32,000 nucleotides of DNA, from NCBI GenBank assembly GCA_963718915.1, contig CAVRAI010000015.1, forward strand, positions 30,001 to 62,000, read 5' to 3'. Each line of letters opens with the position of its first letter. The stretch's first letter is position 1. A program made the translations under genes and the position numbers. The notes under the pieces were generated by a model. That model made no database searches. It worked only from the letters and a program-made list of their open reading frames with translations, and was not told the origin of the DNA. This document shows, one piece after another, positions 1 to 8,080 of this stretch. This DNA is from an uncultured Chloroflexia bacterium. GTDB lineage: Bacteria > Chloroflexota > Ktedonobacteria > Ktedonobacterales > JADMIN01.

Positions 1-2
1 GT

Positions 3-830
3 CATTTCGCCAGTCGCCAGTTTCTTCCACATCTACCCGCCATTGTGGGATCCGATGGCATTGGTAGGCTTGAGAATGGCCAGCTGATCGGCTTTGGCGG
101 CATGAAGCCTCCCTACGGTGCGATGGCGGAACGGGCAATTATTGCCGACTTGCACTATGTCCAGATTCCCGATGGCGTTGAGGCGGCGGTTGCCGCTGCC
201 GTGCCAGGATCGGCATTGACGGCGCTCTTTCCGCTGAAGTGGGGCGCTCAGCTTCAGCAGGATGAGACGGTGCTGATCAACGGCGCGACGGGATTCGCGG
301 GCAAACTGGCCGTTCAGGTCGCCAGGCTGCTCGGCGCGAAGCGGATCGTCGCCAGCGGGCGCAATGACGAAGCGCTGCGGTCGCTCGCCAACCTTGGCGC
401 GGACAGCGTCATCGATCTCAAGCTATCCGATGCCCAACTCACCGCCGCGTTCAAGCGCGAGGCGGGGGCCACCGGATACGGCGTCATTCTCGATTTCTTA
501 TGGGGGCGTCCGACAGAGATCCTCATCGCAACCCTGGTTCCCGATACGCTCAGCTTTGCAAGGGGTCGGACGCGGCTGGTGCAGATTGGCGAGATGGCGG
601 GGCCGCGCATCACGCTCGCCGCCGATGCGCTGCGCACGTCGGGACTCACCATCGTCGGCGGGGGTAGCGGCATCACGCCAGAAGCGCTGGCCGAGGGAAC
701 CAGTCTGGTGTGGGACTGGATCAAGGAAGGCAAGCTCAAAGCGGATATCGAACAGGCGCCGCTCAAAGACGTGGAACGTGTCTGGAAGCGCACCGATGTC
801 CAGGGCAGGCGGGTCGTCATTGTCCCATAG
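3..830 (+). CDS. MDR-superfamily NAD(P)H:quinone oxidoreductase / zinc-type alcohol dehydrogenase-like protein, 5' end outside window
   Basis: Frame 3 is open from the window edge, so the ORF-track start at 45 is an internal GTG. The translation carries the MDR nucleotide-binding motif (LINGATGFAGKLAVQVARLLGAKRIVASGRNDEAL) and a typical C-terminal region ending RRVVIVP. Confidence 0.8.
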   Translation, partial: HFASRQFLPHLPAIVGSDGIGRLENGQLIGFGGMKPPYGAMAERAIIADLHYVQIPDGVEAAVAAAVPGSALTALFPLKWGAQLQQDETVLINGATGFAGKLAVQVARLLGAKRIVASGRNDEALRSLANLGADSVIDLKLSDAQLTAAFKREAGATGYGVILDFLWGRPTEILIATLVPDTLSFARGRTRLVQIGEMAGPRITLAADALRTSGLTIVGGGSGITPEALAEGTSLVWDWIKEGKLKADIEQAPLKDVERVWKRTDVQGRRVVIVP

Positions 831-870
831 GAGGCCGGTCATAGCGCTTCCGCCATGCGCTATGCGCTGT

Positions 871-899
871 TTGACAGGCGTTCGCCCGCGGGCTATACT
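871..899 (+). promoter_or_regulatory. sigma70-type promoter upstream of tRNA-His
   Basis: TTGACA (871-876), a 17-nt spacer, then TATACT (894-899). It lies about 30 nt upstream of the tRNA 5' end. Confidence 0.55.
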
Positions 900-931
900 G
901 AATGGGCGCGGGGCGAAATCTTCGCGCATAC

Positions 932-1067
<136 letters not shown>

Positions 1068-1096
1068 CTGTGGCTAGTGCGCAAAAGGCTCTCTGA

Positions 1097-1387
1097 ATGA
1101 TGCAGCATACAGAACATCTCTACGTGGTCACCGACGACAGCATCTTGCATGGCGAGCCAATTATCGTTGGCACTCGCACGCCGGTTCGCGCCATTGTCGA
1201 GTTGTGGCGTCAGGGGTTTGCGCCTGAGACGATACCGGCTCACCTGCCCCATCTCACGCTCGCGCAGGTCTTTGACGCGCTGAGCTACTACAGCGACCAC
1301 CAGGACGAGATCAACCAGTATATCGAGCGCAACCGCATCCCCGACGCGCTGATTGACCCGCTATATGGTGCGCGTTGGTTTCACTAG
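1097..1387 (+). CDS. DUF433-domain protein (antitoxin-like small DNA-binding protein)
   Basis: 96-aa ORF. The segment ILHGEPIIVGTRTPVRAIVELWRQGFAPETIPAHLPHLTLAQVFDALSYY matches the DUF433 pattern (GxPxIxGTRxxV...G......yP.Lt...i..Al.Y). Confidence 0.75.
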   Translation: MMQHTEHLYVVTDDSILHGEPIIVGTRTPVRAIVELWRQGFAPETIPAHLPHLTLAQVFDALSYYSDHQDEINQYIERNRIPDALIDPLYGARWFH

Positions 1388-1597
1388 CTATGATGTGTGG
1401 AGTCTGATTTCTTCCGGCCTCGCTCCTGAGATGACAAAAAAGGGATTACCAGCAGACAGACTTGTGGCATCATGGAGACTGTTGTATAGTAGCGAGGCTA
1501 TCTGTACGGTTGGTCGACTGAAGCGTCAGAAAGAAGTAAACAATGCCTACTGAGCCTGAGAGATTCGCTAATCTCTTCATTGCGCCATCCTCGAGGA

Positions 1598-2081
1598 ATG
1601 CACAATCTGTCGCCAAAGGAATTCGAGGGTTTCGTCGCGTATTACTACGACGAGCAGGATATATGTGAGAGAAGTTGGGCCCCACTTCCTCAGAGGCGTA
1701 GACCTTGAAATGCGGTTCCCTAGTAGGACACGCATTGTCGGAGGTGTCGAGTGCAAGCGATACCAACCTGAGCAACTTGTCACAGCTTCAATTGTCAGGG
1801 GAGTAATGGGGGCACCTGCGGTCTCCAGACGAGGGGCAAAGCCATTTGTCATCACCACCAGTGATTTTAATAAGCCCGCACGCCAGATGGCTGAGGCTGG
1901 GGCAAGGCAGGCATTTCTGATGAATGGCTCTCAACTTGTTCGCTATATCCTATATATCCGGGGATCACGACATGATGACGATGATACGATTGCTTCGATT
2001 CCGCCAGAGTTCTTCTGTAGTCAAGGTCATTCTCCCTGCCGCCCGGGTTGGAGACGCCAAGATACTTACCATTGCCAATAA
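1598..2081 (+). pseudogene. Mrr-like restriction endonuclease (Mrr_cat), frameshifted
   Basis: From ATG 1598 the reading is MHNLSPKEFEGFVAYYYDEQ..., which stops. The domain resumes in another frame: RGVDLEMR...GGVECKRYQPEQLVTASIVRGVMGA...GAKPFVITTSDFNKPARQMAEAG...[11 protein letters not shown]. At least one frameshift lies near 1655-1665. Confidence 0.6.
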
Positions 2082-2853
2082 CAAAGGTGGCGTTGGCAAG
2101 ACCACGACCGCCTATTATCTAGGTGCAGAGCTGGCGCGTCAGGGCGAACGTGTACTCCTGATTGATCTGACGGACAAGGAAACCTAACCGAATCGTGTGC
2201 CGGAGCATACTGAAGAACACGGCAGTGGAGTAGAGATTTTCCCTAATATAACGCAGTATTTCTCGGGACAACGTAACCATTGCAGGACTTGATCAAGTCC
2301 ACTAGCAAGGAGCGTTTAGCACCAGTCCTCAGCCTTTTCTTGGCTTCGTGACCTTGGCGGGAATTGTCGTCCTGACATTGATTCGCAGTTCTCTCAGGAT
2401 GTTCAAATGTTAAGCACACAACCGCTCGGAGACTGGGCGGCGTTCCTACCTGGATCATTATCGATACTCCCCCAGCAATGTCGGTCTCCACACCAGCAGG
2501 GTTGGCAGCAGCGAACTCTGTGATTGCTCCTATCCGCCCTCGGAGGCGGTCGCTGCCTGGAACCAGAATAAAGTTTGCTACGGGCGCGACAATGAATGCG
2601 CTGACAGGAACCAACGGGAAATTTCTCGGGACGGTGATCACCATTGGATACCTTAAACTCAGTCAAGGACTTCGAAAACCTATTTCTCCCGCCTACGCTG
2701 CAAGAATCCGGTGGTCGGGCATTCACCGAGAAGATTCCTATCGACAATCGGCTAGAGTATTTGGAACCCGGTGCGAACACAAGCGGAGCCAAAGCATACG
2801 AAAAACTGGCTATTGAAATACTAAATGCCGTCCAGTCGTGGCAAAATAGCTAA
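1972..2853 (+). pseudogene. ParA/Soj-like partition ATPase, split over several frames
   Basis: The N-terminus has the deviant Walker A motif ([37 protein letters not shown]) and stops at 2187. The ParA motif WIIIDTPPAMSVSTPAGLAAANSVIAPI appears at about 2451 in another frame. The C-terminal part (AFTEKIPIDNRLEYLEPGANTSGAKAYEKLAIEIL) lies in a third frame and ends at 2853. Confidence 0.65.
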
Positions 2854-2874
2854 CGAGTTGGAGGGAGGACAAGC

Positions 2875-3162
2875 ATGTCAGAACCAATAGGGGCAAAGGT
2901 TGAATCACGAACCACTCGACCAAGAACGCAAACGAACCCTAGGCCAAAAGTACCAAAACAGACGCTGCCGAAGCCGCCGAAGCCAATGCCCCCATCAAAA
3001 AGGAAGATGCTGCAACCGGAGTTGCTAAAAACCCTTGCTGGGAGTGATCGAGGAACAGCAATCACCACAGCGGCTATTACAGCGGCGCTCGCCGTCGTCA
3101 ACGATTGGCTGGCTATAGATCGTCCATTTCAGCAAAGTGTTCTGGGAAATACAACGAGTTAG
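2875..3162 (+). CDS. Small basic Pro/Lys-rich protein downstream of the ParA-like gene (possible partition adaptor; function unknown)
   Basis: 95-aa ORF with GGAGGGAGG about 10 nt upstream of the ATG. It occupies the position of a ParG/ParB-substitute gene. I recognise no family motif. Confidence 0.4.
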   Translation: MSEPIGAKVESRTTRPRTQTNPRPKVPKQTLPKPPKPMPPSKRKMLQPELLKTLAGSDRGTAITTAAITAALAVVNDWLAIDRPFQQSVLGNTTS

Positions 3163-3693
3163 TGGCGATACAGTACCAGACAAACGACAGAGCGGGTCCA
3201 ATGCCGAAGCCGATAGAGCACCTGGTACTGCATATTCCTACAGTCCACTCGCGATGGCTGATCCTTGCATCTAGCATTCGACTACGGAAATGACGAGTTG
3301 CCAGCGGTTCTTGCTCATGTTTCACAAGATACCTTGGTGAAATGGTCAACTTCGTGCAGTGAAGTTACCCAGGCAAAAAACCGCTCAATGGCAGTAGTAA
3401 TGCATCCATGATTGATGTTTCATCCACAGTACATGACCTACCATTAGAGCGTGGTGTGAAAAAACGCGTCATGTCAACCATTCGTGGCAGCGGACAGGTG
3501 ATGGACTGAAATCAAGGTCTGCGACTGAGATCGGTAAGCTCATTGTCGCGGACTTAGTTGTAAAGCAGTCGACCATCGTCGTCTATAGGTGTGAGAGCGG
3601 ACAGTCCTCCTGGCGGGGAAAGCGACCTAACTGTAACTGACGAAGTCTAGCGATACATATCAGTGCCGAGTATTTCCAGAAACCAGGCAAACA

Positions 3694-3801
3694 CAGATTG
3701 TGGCTCTGGAGGTCGTGGGTTCAAACCCCATCGGGCACCCCCATGATGCACGTCCCGCATCACGATGCCTCGAATGCTGATATCCTCGGCGTTCGGGGCA
3801 T
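3694..3801. repeat. Direct repeat copy 2 (attR-like): partial tRNA-His 3' half plus downstream flank
   Basis: Near-identical to 960-1067. It lacks the tRNA 5' half, so it is not a functional tRNA. Confidence 0.85.
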
Positions 3802-3857
3802 TTTCGCGTTCACGAGCGTCACTGTTTCGGGTAGCGGGGGATCATTCACGCGGTGCA

Positions 3858-3886
3858 TTGACGGCGACGATAAGAGTCGCTAGACT
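3858..3886 (+). promoter_or_regulatory. Candidate sigma70-type promoter for the 3949 membrane-protein gene
   Basis: TTGACG (3858-3863), a 17-nt spacer, then TAGACT (3881-3886). Confidence 0.45.
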
Positions 3887-3948
3887 AAGCGAACCATATG
3901 GAGCGAAGCAGTCATGCACCGTGTGCGCCGTTGAGGAAGGAGACGACG

Positions 3949-5259
3949 ATGAGCCGACGTAGTCAGATGCTATTCGCGGCGGGATCGATTCCCGTCGCCG
4001 CTGGTCTCGGGGCTGTCGGAGCGATTCCGCTGGTCCCGCCGCTGGTCTTCGGCGCCTTCTTTCTCCTGCTGACCATCGTGCTGCTCGTCTGGCATCAGCT
4101 GGCGGTGCGCGCCTACCACGGCAACGGCGTGGTGGTCTTTGCGCGCGGGCCGTGGCCAGTGATGATCGCCCTGATATTGATCGAGGCCATCTGCGCAGTG
4201 GATATCCTGCTCGCGCCGGGCAGCGATATCCGCATCTGGCTCTTTCTCGGCTATTTTCTCTTTGGCATAGTCTATCTGTCATTCCTGCCCAGCGCGCTGC
4301 TTTTCTGGGCCGCGGATACTGCGAGGCTGACAAGCCAGGTGCTGGCGTTCAAGCGCTCGCTGCCCTGGCAAGAGATCGACTGGCTCTATCTGGAGAGCAA
4401 CGAGACCACCCAGAAGCAGTACTTCATCACGGTAGCCAAGTGGAAGGACGAGCAACTAATCGTCGAGGCGGGCCCGCGGCGCAGCATGCAGGTGCTTGTG
4501 CGCTCGCCGCTTTCAGGTGGCGCGCCGTCCCCGCTGCTCCAGGCAATCCGCGCGCGGGCGACGCATGCGGCGGTCGGCATCGATCAGCTTCCCGCTGTGC
4601 AGGCGCGGCGGCGCGGGCTGCCCCCGCCATTTTCGCCACAACCTGAGCCAAACGTCAGCCTGCCTGACGCCATCAAAATTGCCCGCGAACCCTCCCTCCC
4701 CGCGAACTGGGCGCGCTTCTCCGTGCGTCGGGGCATCATCTGGCCCAACCTGATCATCTACACCGTGCTGGCAATCGTCGCGGTGGGCTGTGGCATCTTC
4801 ATCGTCGCGTCAGGTACCATCGTCAGCCTCGACCTGATTCCTAAAGACTGGCTCGTCGGGACGCAGCGGTCGCTGGTGCTCTATGGTGAAGGGATTATCT
4901 GCGCCGGGCTGGGGCTGTGGTTCTTCTACTCCTTTACCCTCCGCTGGCTGCGAACCTTGCAACATCCGCAAGACTACTTCTTTCTGGTGACACCGCGCTA
5001 CGTCGCCGAGGTGAAAGGCCAGAAAGTCGAGGGCGTGGCGCTGGCTGACGTACGCGGCATTCGCCGGAGCGGTGGCGGCAACTACGGCTGGCAGATCGTC
5101 CTCGAGATGCGCAACGGCAAGAAGACGGAGTACGACGTGGGGAGCAATTACGGCCCCTCGCGCGATCTGTACGCATATATTCTCGCCGCGCTCAACACCC
5201 GCCGTCCGGCGCAGTCTGCCGCTCCCTTCGGGCCCACCATGCGCGGCGACAGCGGGTAG
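3949..5259 (+). CDS. Hypothetical multi-pass membrane protein, possibly with PH-like (YdbS/YdbT-type) soluble modules
   Basis: ATG 3949 is preceded by GGAAGGAG. Several hydrophobic helices are present (IPLVPPLVFGAFFLLLTIVLLVW, WPVMIALILIEAICAVDILL, LIIYTVLAIVAVGCGIFIVA). They are interspersed with soluble beta-like segments. The PH-like assignment is a guess. Confidence 0.7.
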   Translation: MSRRSQMLFAAGSIPVAAGLGAVGAIPLVPPLVFGAFFLLLTIVLLVWHQLAVRAYHGNGVVVFARGPWPVMIALILIEAICAVDILLAPGSDIRIWLFLGYFLFGIVYLSFLPSALLFWAADTARLTSQVLAFKRSLPWQEIDWLYLESNETTQKQYFITVAKWKDEQLIVEAGPRRSMQVLVRSPLSGGAPSPLLQAIRARATHAAVGIDQLPAVQARRRGLPPPFSPQPEPNVSLPDAIKIAREPSLPANWARFSVRRGIIWPNLIIYTVLAIVAVGCGIFIVASGTIVSLDLIPKDWLVGTQRSLVLYGEGIICAGLGLWFFYSFTLRWLRTLQHPQDYFFLVTPRYVAEVKGQKVEGVALADVRGIRRSGGGNYGWQIVLEMRNGKKTEYDVGSNYGPSRDLYAYILAALNTRRPAQSAAPFGPTMRGDSG

Positions 5260-5391
5260 TAACGGCCGACCATGCCAGGCAGCCTTCTGGCATTGGAGAT
5301 GGGCATGAAGCCTCCGCAGTTTTGCTTGCGGGGCTGTAGAAACCTGTCTACCAGCCTGACCTGACCCTACTGCCCTCCACTCTCCCCTCTG

Positions 5392-5451
5392 GCCCACCTC
5401 GCACATACCTGATGACCCGTGCCAGGGTAATCAGGTATGTGCGAGGTGGGC
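5392..5451. repeat. Long perfect inverted repeat / hairpin
   Basis: GCCCACCTCGCACATACCTGAT (5392-5413) is the exact reverse complement of ATCAGGTATGTGCGAGGTGGGC (5430-5451). The 16-nt spacer itself contains ACCC...GGGT. No U-tract follows. Confidence 0.85.
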
Positions 5452-5639
5452 GGCTGCGTAGACGACAGGTTCTTGTGCTTACCCATCTACTAACACCGTC
5501 CGTAAGCGTCTGGTTGACCAGGGTGCCACATAACCAGCAATAGCTGGCACACGTCTTGCGGTATGCATGCTTTGAAACGGCGTCAGATTGTCAGGATAAA
5601 CGGCTGTGACATGCCATCCTCAGGAAAGAGAGGCCCACC

Positions 5640-5933
5640 ATGAAGCAAGCGGAACCGCTGCTCATCGCCCCTGAGTGTTCCGCGCCGGGCTGCCATCGCG
5701 ATGGAGAAGCGTCCATGATGATCAAGTGCCACGCATGCGATCACTGGTTCTGTGAGGAGCACTTCGAGACGGCTGAGGCGAATGGGAACTGGAGTCAGCG
5801 GATCACCGGCGTTCCAACGGTCAAGCTGGTGAAGACTGGCCTGGACGGCCTCGCATACTATCTGGGATCCTGTATGGCGTGTCGCGCGAAACAGGCGGGA
5901 CGGCGCCCGGTAGACTCCTCCTGGCTGCGGTAG
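5640..5933 (+). CDS. Small Cys-rich zinc-finger protein (AN1-like Cys/His spacing)
   Basis: 97-aa ORF with AGAGAGG upstream. The pattern is C-x4-C-x11-C-x2-C-x4-C-x2-H (CSAPGCHRDGEASMMIKCHACDHWFCEEH), plus a C-terminal CMAC pair. Confidence 0.6.
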   Translation: MKQAEPLLIAPECSAPGCHRDGEASMMIKCHACDHWFCEEHFETAEANGNWSQRITGVPTVKLVKTGLDGLAYYLGSCMACRAKQAGRRPVDSSWLR

Positions 5934-5995
5934 AAACGGCGTTCGACGCACCTGGAGCAACTGACATAAGCAAGAATCAGAAAGGAGCTTCTGCG

Positions 5996-6316
5996 ATGAC
6001 CCTGATCTTTCATCTCATTAAAAGTCTGTTCCATGCCTTCTTCAAGATCACCTTCACTGCGTTGTTCGTTGGCGTTCTCGCAGCAGGTGCGACGTTGCTG
6101 GTCATCTACATGAACGACGGGCATCTCTGGCCACCATCGACGCTCATCGACGCGGCGGCAGCGGCAATCGGCGTGCTTGCGGCCTATGCCGCTGGCTTAA
6201 CGATGCTGATGCGCGAAGCAGTGCGCGCGGCGCTGACGGTTGAGCATGGCGTAGCCAAGGAAGTTGGGCAGGAGGTCTCAGGCGTCGAGCATGAGCTTGT
6301 GGGTACAAGGAAGTAG
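5996..6316 (+). CDS. Small membrane protein, unknown function
   Basis: ATG 5996 is preceded by AAAGGAG. There are two hydrophobic helices (FKITFTALFVGVLAAGATLLVIY and LIDAAAAAIGVLAAYAAGLTMLM). The longer ORF-track start at 5879 overlaps the previous gene. Confidence 0.55.
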   Translation: MTLIFHLIKSLFHAFFKITFTALFVGVLAAGATLLVIYMNDGHLWPPSTLIDAAAAAIGVLAAYAAGLTMLMREAVRAALTVEHGVAKEVGQEVSGVEHELVGTRK

Positions 6317-6361
6317 ATCTTCGTAGGGGAGTAGACACGAAGCGCACTGCACAATCCTTCG

Positions 6362-7741
6362 CTAGCCGTCTCGTGGAATGACCAGCAGGGGAACCACACA
6401 GCCAATCGCCGAGATGACGACCGCGACCAGCAGCGCGAGCGGAATCGACCGCTCGACCACTGGGCCGGCCAGCGCCGACCCGACGGGCATCCCGGCGAAG
6501 TTCAGGCTCATCGAGACGGCGAAGATACGGCCAAACCAGCGCGAGTCCGTGCGACGCTGGCGCAGCGCGAAGAGGCCGATATCAATCGGGCCAGAAGCCA
6601 GGCCTAGCAGCGCCATCCCCGCCAGCAATGCCACTGGCGATTGCAGCAGAATACACACGCACGCCAGCGCCGCGAACACCATCCCACCGACAATGATCCA
6701 GCGCTCGCGTCCCTCGGTGTTGATGCGTCCGGCCACCAGGCCAGCCACCACCGTCGTCACACCCGCGACCGACCATAACAGGCCGACGCCGTCCGCGCCC
6801 CAGTGGAACTCGCGTAAGATCATGACCGGGAGCGCCACGACGAGGAAACCATAGGGAATATTGGTCATCCACAGCGTCACGATGACACCACGCAATGTGG
6901 GATGGCGCACGACATACACCAGGGACTGCCACGCCGCCCGCAGCAACGGCTCTCGAGCGCCCCGCTCCACTGGCGGCTCCGTGACGCCAAACAGGACGAC
7001 GCAGGTGATGACGAAGATGACCGCCGTCAGCAAAAACGCGCCCTCGCCGCCAAACCACGCGACAAGAAATCCCGCCAGCGCTGGCCCGACGACCATGGCC
7101 AGCGCCATGCTGCCACTATCCACCCCGTTCGCGCGATCCCAGAGCTCGCGCGGCACCGCCCGCGGAAAGAGGGTGCGGGTTCCGCTGATGGTCAACGGAC
7201 TCGTCAGCGAACTGAGCGCCACGATCACCAGCATGGTCACGGGGGTAAGCGCGTTCGCTAGAGAAAGCGCCGTCAGCACCACGAGCGCGAGCGCGGCAAC
7301 GCTGAGATCAATCCGAATCAGGCGCAGACAGCCGTAGCGGTCGAGCAGCGCGCCCGCGATGGGGCTGACCACCAGGCCAGGCACGATGGCGACGAAGGTG
7401 GCGAAACCCGCCAGCGCGGGCGAGTGGAAGCGCTGAAGCACGAACAGCACCAGCGCGACCTGCCAGAGCTGGCCGCCCGTGCGCGCGAGCACGGTAGCCG
7501 CGGCGAGCTTCGGAAATCCCGGCAGGCTGAAGAGTCGGCGATAGCCAACGTCGCGGGTTGTGAAGTCTATGGTGAGGTCTGTCGCTGGGTCTGTCTGGAG
7601 GCCCGTCGTCAGGTCTGTCTTGTCTGCCTCGATGGTCACGCGGTGTTCTCCCCTGCCATATCTTATCATGGCACGCCAGGGAAGGCAGATGTGTCGAGAC
7701 GCCAGCGGCAAGAAGAGTGAGTCGAGACGTACTATAGACAA
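6362..7741 (-). CDS. MFS transporter (EntS/MFS_3-like)
   Basis: About 12 predicted TM helices with MFS-like loops, including LFSLPGFPKLAAATVLARTGGQLWQVALVLFVL and PIAGALLDRYG. The true start may be internal, since the N-terminal ~60 aa are not transporter-like. Confidence 0.85.
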   Translation of the reverse strand: MSIVRLDSLFLPLASRHICLPWRAMIRYGRGEHRVTIEADKTDLTTGLQTDPATDLTIDFTTRDVGYRRLFSLPGFPKLAAATVLARTGGQLWQVALVLFVLQRFHSPALAGFATFVAIVPGLVVSPIAGALLDRYGCLRLIRIDLSVAALALVVLTALSLANALTPVTMLVIVALSSLTSPLTISGTRTLFPRAVPRELWDRANGVDSGSMALAMVVGPALAGFLVAWFGGEGAFLLTAVIFVITCVVLFGVTEPPVERGAREPLLRAAWQSLVYVVRHPTLRGVIVTLWMTNIPYGFLVVALPVMILREFHWGADGVGLLWSVAGVTTVVAGLVAGRINTEGRERWIIVGGMVFAALACVCILLQSPVALLAGMALLGLASGPIDIGLFALRQRRTDSRWFGRIFAVSMSLNFAGMPVGSALAGPVVERSIPLALLVAVVISAIGCVVPLLVIPRDG

Positions 7742-7833
7742 TCCAGCGAACCGCGCTTCATCCCAATCGCTTTCCTGTTGGCGTCCACATAAACGTATAT
7801 ATGTTCATTTTTCATGGCCGCTGCACTGCCCTA

Positions 7834-7861
7834 TTGACATGTTGACAAGCTCATGTATACT
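7834..7861 (+). promoter_or_regulatory. Candidate promoter upstream of the Rhs locus
   Basis: TTGACA (7834-7839), a 16-nt spacer, then TATACT (7856-7861). It sits in the AT-richer divergent intergenic region between the MFS gene and the Rhs start. Confidence 0.4.
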
Positions 7862-8080
7862 GGCTCTTACCAACTCTTGCTTATCGGTGATAGTCCAATG
7901 TACCGATGAAGCAGAACCACAGTACTGATATCCACGAGCAATTGTACTGAGTATGGTAGCGCGCTTTCCTTATTCCCAGCGCCAGCAGACAGCCATACAG
8001 CATCGTCCTCCGTTTGCCTGATCATAGCGCCTTTTGCCGTGTGTAGCCGTCCTCTCGCCGAGGAAATGGAGTAGTCAGTC

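Noticed and set aside
1353-1553. 66-aa ORF considered as the toxin partner of the DUF433 gene
   Set aside because: It has no DUF5615/PIN-like motif, overlaps the DUF433 3' end in a different frame, has no RBS, and its composition is not protein-like.
3113-3420. Minus-strand reading (…AIERFFAWVTSLHEVDHF… and a 78-aa ORF) considered as an integrase or IS5-type transposase remnant of the island
   Set aside because: It shows only a faint resemblance to transposase C-termini. No catalytic motif is present, the frames are broken, and the evidence is insufficient to annotate it.
4810-5406. 198-aa minus-strand ORF
   Set aside because: It is antisense to the 3' part of the membrane-protein gene and runs into the intergenic hairpin. 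Its composition is Arg/Ala/Gly-rich and it has no RBS.
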